Below are positions 39,968-52,300 of a stretch of 59,299 nt of DNA, in pieces. Source of the DNA: Trichoplax sp. H2 (lineage: Eukaryota). Both the position numbers and the translations under genes were made by a program. Location: NCBI GenBank assembly GCA_003344405.1, contig NOWV01000153.1:124001-183299 (forward strand). Direction: 5' to 3'. The stretch's first letter is position 1. Each line of letters begins with the position of its first letter. A model generated the notes under the pieces. That model had not been told where the DNA came from. It saw nothing but the letters and a program-made list of their open reading frames with translations, and ran no database searches.

Positions 39968-42900
39968 CTATATAGTACAAGTAGAAACTTTACTATGAAG
40001 TACTATACGAGTATGTTGTAACAATTTCAATTGCAAATAAATTACTTGATTTTACATGATATAAAGTACAATATTTACATAATGAGCTCTTATGTCGCAA
40101 TTAGAGTTGAATAATCATCTGGTTCGCTATAATTATTTATGTAATGGTAATAATGGCATTAGCGACAGCACAGGTGGAACTGTACTTCTATTGTAAGACT
40201 AATAGAAATAAATGGCTCTAATTCGAATTTGAATAACTCTGTAAACGAACTACTTACTGGACAAACAATGTACAAATAAATTAAGATTGAATATTTTTAA
40301 TTCATAAATCATTATTTATTATGTTCAGTAGCTTACTAGTAGCAAGAATATTTTAATGACGATCTTAAAAATTCGTCAGTGATATCATTATCTAGTAAAA
40401 CTGTATGCGATCATATCATCAGTGGCAAACGTAGCTTAAAGAATTACATCCATTGACGAGGTAAGGTATTCCTATGTTAGAATTTACACGAAGTAATTGC
40501 TCTTAATCATATTTGAATCGATCTACAATTGGATTACTAAATGCAATTGAGAATGATTGATAGATATCAATTCAATAGAGGTTTACCTTCATCTTTGGTA
40601 TCTGTCCATCGGTCTAAAGTAGTGGAATAAAAATAGTAATAATCGATTAATAGTTCTATCGTTTAAGTAATCAATGCAGTAGATTAGTGCCCATAATTTT
40701 TGATAATAATCAACTATTGTTTACGCTATTACAAAATCACCTTATATTAAATAGTAAAATAGCTATGATACAGTACATTTATGTCTCTTTGCTTGCTCTA
40801 TCGTATGAATTTAGTTTATGATATCATAAAAAGTGATAATATAAGAATGAAGCTGCTGTTTATTCTCACATGCTTACCTATCCAGAATTTTTCATTATAA
40901 ATCACCCAATCGTTTAAAGATTGACTGGCAAATTCCATCTTACAATGCTTACATCGAATCCAATATTGATCTCCTTCCTTGTATTCTTCAGTTATACTTG
41001 TTGGTGTATTACATTCACTACATTTGACGAAATATCGACAATCAGCCCCTTTAAACTTAACCATCCTATCATTGACAGTGGAGATGAGTTTATTCTTGAC
41101 AATTTCGTGTGGCCGTTTGACAAATACAGAATTTTTAACTTTATCGATAATCGATTGACTCCTCTCGGGCTCATTTATTTTCTGATAGGAATATTGTAAA
41201 CCGATATGAGATTCCTCTTTCTTGACTACAAGATAGTGATTGTCATTTGCTAAATAATATTTGGCACATTGATAGTATAATTCTACGTCCGTATTATTCC
41301 ATTCCTTTAAACATGAAGATAACAAGCAATAATAAATTCCATCTGGAAGATATGCAATATCTGTATGCTCGTATCCAATGTAGAGCCAATCTGATTGATG
41401 ATATTTTGGTAAATCAAATGGCTTAACATCATATCGTAACAAGTATGGAACAAAGTATTGACATTCTTCGCCGTTGTCGTTCTTCTCATTTGTAATTGAA
41501 CATAGAATATCATAAGTATGCATGAGTGCCAATATAGTTTGCTTACTATTGTCATCTAAATTAAATTTATAAATAGCATGATCAATGTATGATCTTGATA
41601 ATTTTCCTGTTTGGCTGGCTATATCATAGTCACGTTTTATCTGTGCACTTCCTTGTACAAAATCTTGTAATTGAATAATAGAACGAAATATACTTAATAA
41701 CCAATCGACATTAGTTATAATAATTCCGTCGTCGCCTACTTTATCACAGTAGATGACTTCTCCTAAATCGTGTAGATACATTAGCATAGCGATTAATTCA
41801 TCATGGTTTTCATATAATCCGTATTGTTGAGACAAGGTTACTATTTGTTGCATTGTCATAATATTATGCACTTGAGAATGTCTAATTTGATTCATAATAG
41901 AAGATGCGGGTTGATTGTTAGTAGGGAGCGATTTATTTAATATTGTAGCCATGATATACCATCGAATAGGTATAGGATTCGTAATAAATGGCAGTGATTG
42001 TACAAATGCCTTAATGATACCATGTAAACGAAGACAACATTGTTGACGCAGCTTCTGTGTCGACGGAGTACTATCAAGAGGATTGCAATCAAAAATAATA
42101 CCAGAAGAATAGATATGACTGGCATAAGAAGGCATGTGAGACGTCAATGTAGACACAAATTGATTAAATCGAGTACGTCCATCTTCTTCATTGGTAATAC
42201 AATCGCCATGAGAAGCTACTAAAATAATAATAGGTAATGAATGCTGTGAAGGTGGTAAATCCTGTCCGTCTTCACTTTTAATGCTCACATCGATGGTACT
42301 TTGGCTTGTATGGCCAGCTATGATTGATGTAAGCCATTCTTGCATAGCTTGTAAATACGTCGTTTTGAGTGATTGGTTGTTCCTTGTTGTTACCTTGTCG
42401 TTAATGTCTTGCTTAATATTAAATACTAAAATATAAATACTATTGACGGAGATAAAGGGATAATGAGTAAGATGATAGACGGCATGACCTGCGAAATCCC
42501 ATATTTTAACATACTGATTTTTATCGTCTTTTTCTGTATTTTGATTTTCCATGGACGAACAGTAATATTGATCTAAGTCTCGTTTAGACTGTGGTTCTAT
42601 TGCAATCTCTGTCCTTGCTATCGCTGCATCTTGCGTAACGATATTCGTTGCAGAAGAATCGACACTGTGTTGTTGCCCATTTGACACAGATGGATTATTG
42701 GTTATAATGGGTTGATCTATTGGATCCATGTCGGTTACTTGCTGAATGATGTTATCTCGACTATCGATACTTGTTAGGGCTATGTCTTGTATGACTGTCG
42801 TGACTGTATCGTCTAGTATTTCAGTCCAATCACAACCCTCTAAGTTCATAATATTATAATATTCAGTCTCTACCATAATATCCGAATTCTCAGCCACTTG

Positions 42901-45874
42901 TGTTGGAGATGGACTGTTGAGTGGTTGCTTGGTAAATATTTTTCGAACAGAAGTTTTGCCCACATTGCGAGGGCCAATAAACATGCCTCGTATTAAACGA
43001 TTAAAGCAATGGCCATGTTTTAATGCTTTGCTATATGCATTGTAATATTTCTTTTCTTGCAAAGCTGTAGAACAACAAAATGCAGAATAGGGTTACGGTT
43101 ATCCATCGCTCTCTCGTCTACTACTGTATTAAAACTCTACTTACGTTTCTCTTGTACGTGTTGGTTGTTATGGCTGCCGTCGATCGTATTTGCTGGCGCT
43201 ATATCGTTGTTGGTTTGATTCAGTTGAAACCGTTCAAGGATACTTTTGATCCAATTTCTCGCTATTGATGTCGGCGATTTCTGCTGCCGGAGAGCGATTT
43301 CGATATTCTTTTTGGTCATTGTAACTAGGCCATCATTTCCGCTTAAGGTTGCGATATACAGTGACTTGTTAAAGTTATCCAGAGCCTGATCGATCTTGCC
43401 TTGGTCATGATAGACACATCCTATGTTGTGATATGAGTTGGCAACATCAGGATGATTGTGACCAAGGACTGACAATCGAATTTGCAGTGACTTGTTATGC
43501 ATCTCCACAGCCTGATCGATCTTGCCTTGGTCATGATAGACACATCCTATGTTGTTATATGACCACGCAACATGGGGATGATTGTGACCAAGGACTGACA
43601 ATCGAATTTGCAGTGACTTGTTATGCATATCCATAGCCTGATCGTACTTGCGTTGGTCATGATAGACACATCCTATGCTGTTATATGACCACGCAACATC
43701 AGGATGATTGTGACCAAGGACTGACAATCCAATTTGCAGTGACTTGTTATGCATATCCATAGCCTGATCGTACTTGCCTTGGTTATGATAGACAATTCCT
43801 ATGTTGTGATATGACCACGCAACATTGGGATGATTGTGACCAAGGACTGACAATCCAATTTGCAGTGACTTGTTAAACATCTCCACAGCCTGATCGATCT
43901 TGCCTTGGCTTCTATAGACAACTCCTATGTTATTGTATGACCACGCAACATCAGGATGATTGTGACCAAGGACTGCCAATCGAATTTGCAGTGACTTGTT
44001 ATGCATATCCACAGCCTGATCGTACTTGCACAAGTCCCAGTAGAGGCGCCCAATTTGATGATAACTATCGGCAAGACGAGCANNNNNNNNNNNNNNNNNN
44101 NNATACTTTTGATCCAATTTCTCGCTATTGATGTCGGCGATTTCTGCTGCCGGAGAGCGATTTCGATATTCTTTTTGGTCCATTTAACTAGGCGATCATT
44201 TCCGCTTAAGGTTGCGATATACAGTGACTTCTTAAAGTTATCCAGAGCCTGATCGATCTTGCCTTGGTGACTATAGACAACTCCTATGTTGTTATATGAG
44301 TTGGCAACATCAGGGTGATTGTGACCAAGGACTGACAATCGAATTTGCAGTGACTTGTCATGCATCTCCATAGCCTGATCGATCTTGGCTTGGTCAAGAT
44401 AGACACATCCTATGCTGTGATATGACCACGCAACATGGGGGTGATTGTGACCAAAAACTGCCAATCGAATTTGCAGTGACTTGTTATGCATCTCCACAGC
44501 CTGATCGTACTTGCGTTGGTCATGATAGACACATCCTATGCTGTTATATGACCGCGCAACATCAGGATGATTGTGACCAAGGACTGCCAATCGAATTTGC
44601 AGTGACTTGTTATGCATGTCCATAGCCTGATCGTACTTGCGTTGGTCATGATAGACATATCCTATGCTGTTATATGACCGCGCAACATCAGGATGATTGT
44701 GACCAAGGACTGACAATCGAATTTGCAGTGACTTGTTATGCATCTCCACAGCCTGATCGTACTTGCCTTGGTCATGATAGACACATCCTATGCTGTGATA
44801 TGACCACGCAACATCAGGATGATTGTGACCATCGACTGACAATCGAATTTGCAGTGACTTGTCATGCATATCCATAGCCTGATCGTACTTGCCTTGGTGA
44901 TGATAGACAAGTCCTATGTTGTTATATGACAGCGCAACATCGGGATGATTGTGACCAAGGACTGACAATCCAATTTGCAGTGACTTGTCATACATCTCCA
45001 TAGCTTGATCGTACTTGCGTTGGTCAAGATAGATAACTCCTATGCTGTTATATGACCGCGCAACATCAGGATGATTGTGACCAAGGACTGACAATCGAAT
45101 TTGCAGTGACTTGTCATGCATATCCATAGCCTGATCGTACTTGCCTTGGCTTCTATAGACAGCTCCTATGTTGTTATATGACAGCGCAACATCGGGATGA
45201 TTGTGACCAAGGACTGACAATCCAATTTGCAGTGACTTGTGCAACATCTCCATAGCCTGATCGTACTTGCCTTGGTCATGATAGACACATCCTATGCTGT
45301 GATATGACTGCGCAACATGGGGATGATTGTGACCAAGGACTGACAATCGAATTTGCAGTGACTTGTCATGCATATCCATAGCCTGATCGTACTGGCACAA
45401 GTTCCAGTAGAGTCGCCCAATTTGATGATAACTATCGGCAAGACGAGTATCCTTTTCGTCTAACCATTTTAATTTCATTTCCAACGATTTCTTACCGTCT
45501 TCCAATGCTCCGTTGAAATCTTCTTGGCATCTCTTAATCTCGCTTTTTCTTTGTAAACATTGAGCCATGCTCACTTCATCTTGCAGTTTAGTAGCCACAG
45601 TTTGTCCCTTTTCACTCCAATCAACAGCTTCCTTGAATTGATATTGTAAAGTGTAAATGTCACAAAGACCAAGATAAATATCGCATGCAAGTCGATCAAT
45701 ATCCACACTAGGATTCGACAACGAAGCAATCGCATCGACAGCTTGTGTATAACAAGATAGTCCGTCCACCAACTGGAAGGCAGTCTTGCATGAGTTGCCC
45801 TTGTCGTACAGTGATTGTATACGGGTATGGTGAGGAAGCCCACTCGTGGAAGAGACAGATTCATCATCAGCCAT
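39705..45874 (-). CDS. Roco protein: TPR array - Roc GTPase - COR - death domain; exons 45874-43145 (contains gap/duplicated array), 43064-40878, 40613-40587, 39967-39705
   Basis: All three introns are GT-AG, phase 1 and keep the frame: GAGAAAC|gtaagt...ctacag|CTTTGCAA; TGGATAG|gtaagc...ctttag|ACCGATGG...GAAG|gtaaac...atatag|ATCCTAGG. Roc motifs are GPRNVGKTS, WDFAGH and SHGD. The C-terminal death fold reads IASSIGTDWPQLAAIL...QAMELLNYW...LQRALQTIGRNDI. Confidence 0.85.
40587..40613 (-). CDS. 27-nt symmetric (phase 1-1) linker microexon, DRWTDTKDE
   Basis: Flanked by ctactttag| and |gtaaac; a same-length exon with its own splice sites sits at the equivalent place in the paralog (57492-57518). 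Confidence 0.7.
40878..43064 (-). CDS. Roc-COR exon (~729 codons)
   Basis: ORF 40816..43062: P-loop MFIGPRNVGKTS, G3 KIWDFAGH, YILVFN, IILVASHGD, COR-type PIPIRW and LMYLHDLGEVIY, YFVPYLL, terminal CSEC...CKHC. Confidence 0.92.
43330..44080 (-). repeat. TPR tandem array version B: 6 units of 126 bp/42 aa (kinesin-light-chain/nephrocystin-3-type TPR)
   Basis: RLADSYHQIG unit followed by five xVAxSYxxIGxVYxxQ units in ORF 43137..44183. Confidence 0.9.
44190..45445 (-). repeat. TPR tandem array version A: 10 units of 126 bp/42 aa
   Basis: RLADSYHQIG unit followed by nine xVAxSYxxIGxxYxxQ...KSLQIxLxVxGHNHP-type units in ORF 43925..45886. Confidence 0.92.
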
Positions 45875-46504
45875 CTTTTCCTGCACTCAATTCAATAGTA
45901 TGTGAGTTAAAGACTTGAACGACAGGTTAGAGACAAATAAGATTTAAATTAAGCTTCGTTACAACCATGAATGACTAATCATCGGATCGATATTATCTCT
46001 GCGTATTCATGAGGTTATGTCGGAATGGTTGTACTTGCGTGCTAGTCGTAGTTCAACAGAACAACATTAATTATTCCATTATACACAATTTTCAAGTATC
46101 AATAAATCAACTTCTACAATGTCGTCTATCAATTCCGCATGGAAGATTATCCGAAAATCATTCAATCAATCTCTGTCAATGATTACTGAAGACAACGCTA
46201 TCGGACAATCGTGTGCTGACATCAATCAATACCAAACTAAATCCAAGGAGTAGACTAATTTACGTGTACATTAATAAAATGCACTCCAGCTTACAAATAC
46301 ATTATACTCATAATCATAATAACCGTCAAACAACAATCGTTTTATCCTGATAGACAACAGCAAATGAATGCTAGCCACATCAATGATAGTGCAAAATAAG
46401 AAAGGATGCTTGTAATACAGTTTCGTTGGAGTCGTTTACCTATCTATAATTTCTATTTTTACTTGAAATACAATGTATAATGATGGATACCTAAACGGAA
46501 TAGG

Positions 46505-46600
46505 TCACTTACCAATGGATGTTTTAAAAATCGGCTAATAGAACAACTTGATGATTTTGCTGTGATGTAGATTTAATCCTATCAATCCGACTGCGCACTG
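46505..46600 (-). promoter_or_regulatory. Probable non-coding first exon and donor of the Roco gene
   Basis: aaaacatccattg|gtaagtgac (donor at 46512) is conserved in the pseudogene copy at 35979; acceptor gtgcag|gaaaagATG at 45881. Confidence 0.6.
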
Positions 46601-46904
46601 CTTATTGCAAACAGGAGCTAGTGGATAAAAGAGGAGGACAGGTGAAATAAAACTCTACTCGGCTAAACAGCTCTATCCAAGTGCATATACACTAAATACA
46701 CGCACTTATCAGCGATTACAGACTACTAATTCATTGGTTATTTCATACCTATAAGTACTCCTTGCAAAAGTCCTGCATGAGGAAGGGCGCTATTGATAAC
46801 CATGAAGCTTGCTTGGCTAAAAATCCCAGTTGACGCCTGTGGCTATGTCGCGCTTTACTCTTTAGTAGTCCATATGCGACACTGACAACTATTGGTCCCT
46901 ATGT

Positions 46905-48805
46905 GACCCGATACAAATTGATTAAATGGAGTTTTTCAATCTTCTTGTTTTGTAATACAATCGCTATAAGAAGCTACTAGAAATAATAATAAGTAATGAA
47001 TACTGTTCATCTTCGCTATTAAAGTTTACATTTATTGTACTTTGCCTTCTATGGCTACCTATGGTCGGCGTAAGCCATTCTTGCATAGCTTGTAAATAAG
47101 TCATGTTCAGTGATTCGTTCTGTCTTGTTCATACCTTGTCATTAATGTCTTGATTCATATTAAAGACTACAATATAAATACTATTAGCAGAGATCAATGG
47201 AGAATGATTAACATGATAGATGGCATGACCACCGAAATTCCATATTTTAACATATTGATTATTATTACGTTTATTGGTTCTTTGATCGATGATAGACGAA
47301 CAGTAATATTGAGTTAAGGCGAGTTTAGACGCTGATTTGATTTCAATCTCTTTCAATGGTATGGCTACTTCTTTTGTAGCATTACCAACTATAGGAGATT
47401 GCACATTGTCTTTTTTGTAAATTTGGCAATGGTAGGTTATCTGTTAAAACGGGTCGATGTATTGGATGCACACGGGTAATTTACTGATTGATATTCTCTT
47501 GACTATCGATGCTTGTTTTGACTTTATCGTCTACTACCTCAGTCCAGTCACAACTCTTTCAATTATGAATACCATACTATTCAGTCTCCACCATGAAATC
47601 AGAATTCTCAACCACTTGTGTAGGAGATTGATTAATGATTAATACTTGTTGAATAAATACTTTTCTAACAGAAGATTTACCCACATTGGGAGGGCCAATA
47701 AACATGCCTCATATTAAATTATGATAGCAATGACCTTGATTTAATGCCTTGGTATACGCATAGTCATATTCCTTTTCTTGTAAATCTGTAGGATAAAAAG
47801 TACAGAATATTGTTGTTATGATATAGGACTGTATTTATGGTAGTCTTGAATACTAGTGCATTAAAATGCTGTTGTCGATCGACGAAGCTATATCTTGGAC
47901 GTGTTGATTAACATCATGATTATCTTTCCCTCTTTTCGCCATTGACGTTGACTGATTATACTGTGATCGTTGCACCAGGGGAGTAATGGCCATATTGTCT
48001 TTCGTTTTTTTTCCAACTTCGGGATGATTTACGCCTAAGGCTGGTAGTATAATACTGAGTGACTTATTATACATATCCAGAGCCTCATGGTGCCTTCCTT
48101 GTCTAGAATAGATACTCCAATGTTGTTCTATAAGAGCCCAATATCATGATGACTGTGACCAAGAAGTAATAATCGAATCTTGAGTGGCTTGTTATATGTA
48201 GAAAGAGCCAAATTATACTCGCCTCGTTTCTCATAGACAACTCCAATATTGTTATATAACATCGGGATGATTGTGACCAAGAACTAATAATCCAACTTTA
48301 AGGGATTTGTCATACTTAGAAAGCGCCTTTGTAGACTTGCCCTGATGACTGTAGATGCGCCCAATCTGCGGATAACTATCAGCAAGGCGTGGATCATTTT
48401 TAATGGAAACATTTTAATTTCAAGTTCAGCTATTTATAACAGCCTTCCAGTGTTTCTTTCCAATCCCATTACCATCCCTTAATCTTACTTTGTCTGTCTA
48501 ACTATTCAGCCATTTTCACTTTATCTTGCAGTTAAGTAGGCAGAGATGTCCCTTTTCTTTCCATTCTTTGCTTTCTTCCGTTCTTTTTGTAAAATATAAA
48601 TATCGCACATATCAAGACATATATCGCATCGAAGTCGATTAATCTTGACACAAGGATTGCAAAACACTTGAATCTCATCTAGAGCTTGCGTAGAATAAGA
48701 TAATCCTTGGGTTCAATTGTAGGTAGTCTTGTACTTTTCACCATTTTCATACAATGATTGTATATGAGGAGGAATTATAGAGTGGATGGATTTATTATCG
48801 GCCAT
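46905..48805 (-). pseudogene. Decayed TPR-Roc paralog, truncated within Roc (no COR or death exon)
   Basis: ATG at 48805 in the same aagATGGC context, PRLADSYPQIG, degenerate TPRs (LGHNHPDV, LGVNHPEV), homologous acceptor at 47786, MFIGPPNVGKSS, KIWNFGGH, YLQAMQEWLT; multiple stops and frameshifts. Confidence 0.88.
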
Positions 48806-49399
48806 CTTTTCTTTGACTATTTTTAGAAAGAATCGATCAATGGAAAATGTTGAGTCGATTTGATAACTTCAATTTAAAAAAACGACAAGTTAGTGCCAAT
48901 TTGAATAAAGTCTTGTTGCAATAATCGATTACGGTACTTGTCAGCGAATTGATATTATGCTTATGTAATTAATGGAATAGTAGGGCGATGCCGGGTACAA
49001 ATTTATATGCATACGATTCGTATTCCAACACAGAAATACAAACAATTCGGTTATTTAAAAGGTTGAACAATAATTCAAGATGCTCCTACAAACTCATATA
49101 TAAATGTAACTAGAAATTTATCTTGAAAATGCAACCATCCATGTTGCAAAGACCGAGGCTGGACTGTCACTGAATAATGAAATCTAATTGTACAGTAGAT
49201 GATAACTTTAGACACAGCGCTAGTGAAGAATCTTTTGCATCAATTTATGAAAAATTAATGTTAATGACATTTATAATTGAATAAGATTCTTAAGATAGCA
49301 TGTACAGTAAGATGGCTTTTGTCCACGTCTTTTGGAAACCTTCAATTTCTATTTTTAGTTCAAAAGTAAGGAATAATGTGATAGAAATTCAAGCAAATG

Positions 49400-52300
49400 T
49401 CAAACTTACCAATTTAATTTTTTCATTACTGGCTAATGATAGTTTGATGTTATTTTGGGGCCGAAATGTAGGTATAATTCTATCAATTGCACTGTATGCT
49501 GCTTATTCTAACGATGAGCAAAGTCAGCAAATAGAACCAAATAGAATTGAAGATGGCATACGAGTAAACTTCTACCCACTAAAAATCCTATTACATTAGG
49601 CAAAAAATGTTCCCTACAACGTAGCCAGTTCAAAGGTAATCGATTTTCAACCTTCAATATGCGCGTACAAATATAATGGTAGTGAAATGATATTCTGTCA
49701 TGTGCATGTTGTTGGATATGTCCAAATTCATGATTCTTCAAGGTGCCATTTTCAGCCCAAGTGTCCTATGAGATACTATTGAAACTATGCAGCAATGGCT
49801 GTGCCAGGCTTGTACGGGTTCAGAGCAAATGTCATTTCTTCGCTTGCCTTCAAGGCTTCGTTGTGGTTAAAGTTGGGCAATTGGTTATTTTGTTGACCGT
49901 AGTTTGTTATTTCAGGGCGCAGCAGGCACGACTGTTGACCGATGGCCCATAATCTACAGCATTAACTTTACTTCATCATCCAGTTCAAAAACTTTATATA
50001 CTGTACTCTACTCGATACAAGTAGCAAGAACTACTAAATTTGAAGAGAGAGGACATATCATAATGTCCAACAAAATGGTCAATATGATACTGTTAAAGGC
50101 GTAGTCAATATTTGCCATTGAAATCATCCTTTATTAAAAGCATTTTATTGAGTAACAACACCGCACTCAATAGTGTTAGGTAGGGCATACCAAGTAACCA
50201 AATATAATCATCACTTCTTTGGATTGTGTAGCCATTTTTTGATCGTCATTTTAGACAACTTTATAGACGAGCAGATTTCCAATTGTAAAGTATTTGCTGA
50301 CACAGCTCTAAACTAGCTATCCAATCAAGTCACCATCAGTCAGTCATGTTGGTCATTAACGAATTTACAAGAGAACTGATTTTACGTTGCATAAGAATGC
50401 ATTTCACAACTTTCACCAAGGTACATTTTCTACATGCAGTGAGGAATCCTTTCAACTGGTATATGGCCATAGCCATTTTTAACGATTTACTATTAGATGG
50501 TCATTAACATTGAATTCACTGCTGTTTATATACCAAAGACACAAAGTTTGCAATCTACTTTGAAAAACGAATGGATAAAATAGTCATAGAGTTATCGGTG
50601 ATGGTGGCATGATTTAGTACGGCGATTTAGTCATCAGACTCCTTCCACATCGATGATGATTGCACCAACACGACGACTGCAAAATATTCAAGTCGAGGCT
50701 GATATCAGAAAGGATTAACACTAGTTTTATAGCCAAGAAATGCGTGGAGGAGTTTGCAGTACGCTGCAGGACTCGCTTTCACTCACCATTACCTCTAAAC
50801 ATGCTGAAAATTACGGAATCGACTACAGAATTGGAACGGTCTCCATGCTGGCATATGCCATTCAATACCTTACTGGATAAAACTTCTTAAACTGTTTCTA
50901 CATCAACTTGAGGCCAATGCAATAAGCAACATTAAAATGGTTGATCGATTGAACCAAGTCTAATTGCATTGGCTTGCCATTGCACGCGTAGACCATAGCG
51001 TGGACAACTGGGCATGCAAAAATGGAGACGAGGAGGCATTAATAAGTACACTGCCATTAAGGGATTCAATATATTATATACTGCGCTATAAGCGATTCAA
51101 ACTAGGATTTAGGGCATTATGCTAACTCTGCTGNNNNNNNNNNNNNNNNNNNNGCAGGACTCGCTTTCACTCACCATTACCTCTAAACATGCTGAAAATT
51201 ACGGAATCGACTACAGAATTGGAACGGTCTCCATGCTGGCATATGCCATTCAATACCTTACTGGATAAAACTTCTTAAACTGTTTCTACATCAACTTGAG
51301 GCCAATTGCGTTGGCTTGCCATTGCACGCGTAGACCATAGCGTGGACAACTGGGCATGCAAAAATGGAGACGAGGAGGCATTAATAAGTACACTGCCATT
51401 AAGGGATTCAATATATTATATACTGCGCTATAAGCGATTCAAACTAGGATTTAGGGCATTATGCTAACTCTGCTGTCTGCTTACTCGATATTTTACAAGA
51501 GTCTAATTTGATCACAAAGATTAAGTTAGAATATGGACTACTACATGAATTTATCATCTATAGATGACTGTGCAATGGTGAATTTGGACACACTACTATA
51601 CTGTAGTAGCAAGATACACTAATTCTGCATTAAAAACTGCACTGAGTAATCATGCACATCCATAGCTGCAAATTGCAATTCCTGTCTGTTAGGATTACGA
51701 TTGATTTGTTGGCATTCCATGGGCTAAAACTTGATTCTATCCAGTTTTTCTTCTACTGTAGTGAGCTACAAATACTTTCTGCCAGTCTTGGCTAACCTTG
51801 TCTTGATCGAAGCGATAGAATGCGATGAAATTGGGCAGAAAACCTGACTGAATGATCAAATACACCAGTTGCAATAGATGCCAATACCATGTCCATACTG
51901 TAATTTTCCAAGCTATGGCTACACAAACTAAATCGCTACATTGTTGGTTATAAAGTTGGATCAATCTTTTAACCATAGAGGTATTTTTTCACTTGTATCG
52001 TTTTAATTGATTTTAACGTTGGCTCATGGACGAAATTGTTTCCAACGCCTTTTCTACTCATGCAAGTTCTCAATCTATCGTAACTTGCAGTATATTGGCT
52101 GTGAAACTGGCGAAAAATAGCGACTTCTGTGGCTGTTGATACTATGGCGGGACCTACTAATGTAAGAACTGTGTAGAAAGTATGAGACTTGATCATTGCA
52201 GATCTACAAATACTCCTATTGCAAAAAAAGCGGTAAAGCTAAGCCAATTTACCTCACTTACATTACTATTACTTGCCTAGCGATTGTGCCTTCCACAGTC

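Noticed and set aside
40050-40198. Exon-like GC-richer segment in the last Roco intron
   Set aside because: Stops occur in the required phase-1 frame from either candidate acceptor.
40816-40877. Hydrophobic C-terminal tail (SSFILILSLFMI) of the COR ORFs as a membrane anchor
   Set aside because: It follows a strong GTAAGC donor and is most likely intron read-through; an intron-retention isoform cannot be excluded without RNA data.
43925-44183. ORF segments reading through the N gap
   Set aside because: Translations across 44083-44102 are artefacts of the arbitrary 20-N spacer.
43433-44877. Repeated plus-strand ORFs (MTTQHQDDCDQG...)
   Set aside because: Antisense shadows of the TPR repeats.
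43330-45445. Regular repeat array that could be mistaken for a CRISPR array
   Set aside because: Period is 126 bp, in frame, encoding TPRs with no unique spacers; the context is eukaryotic.
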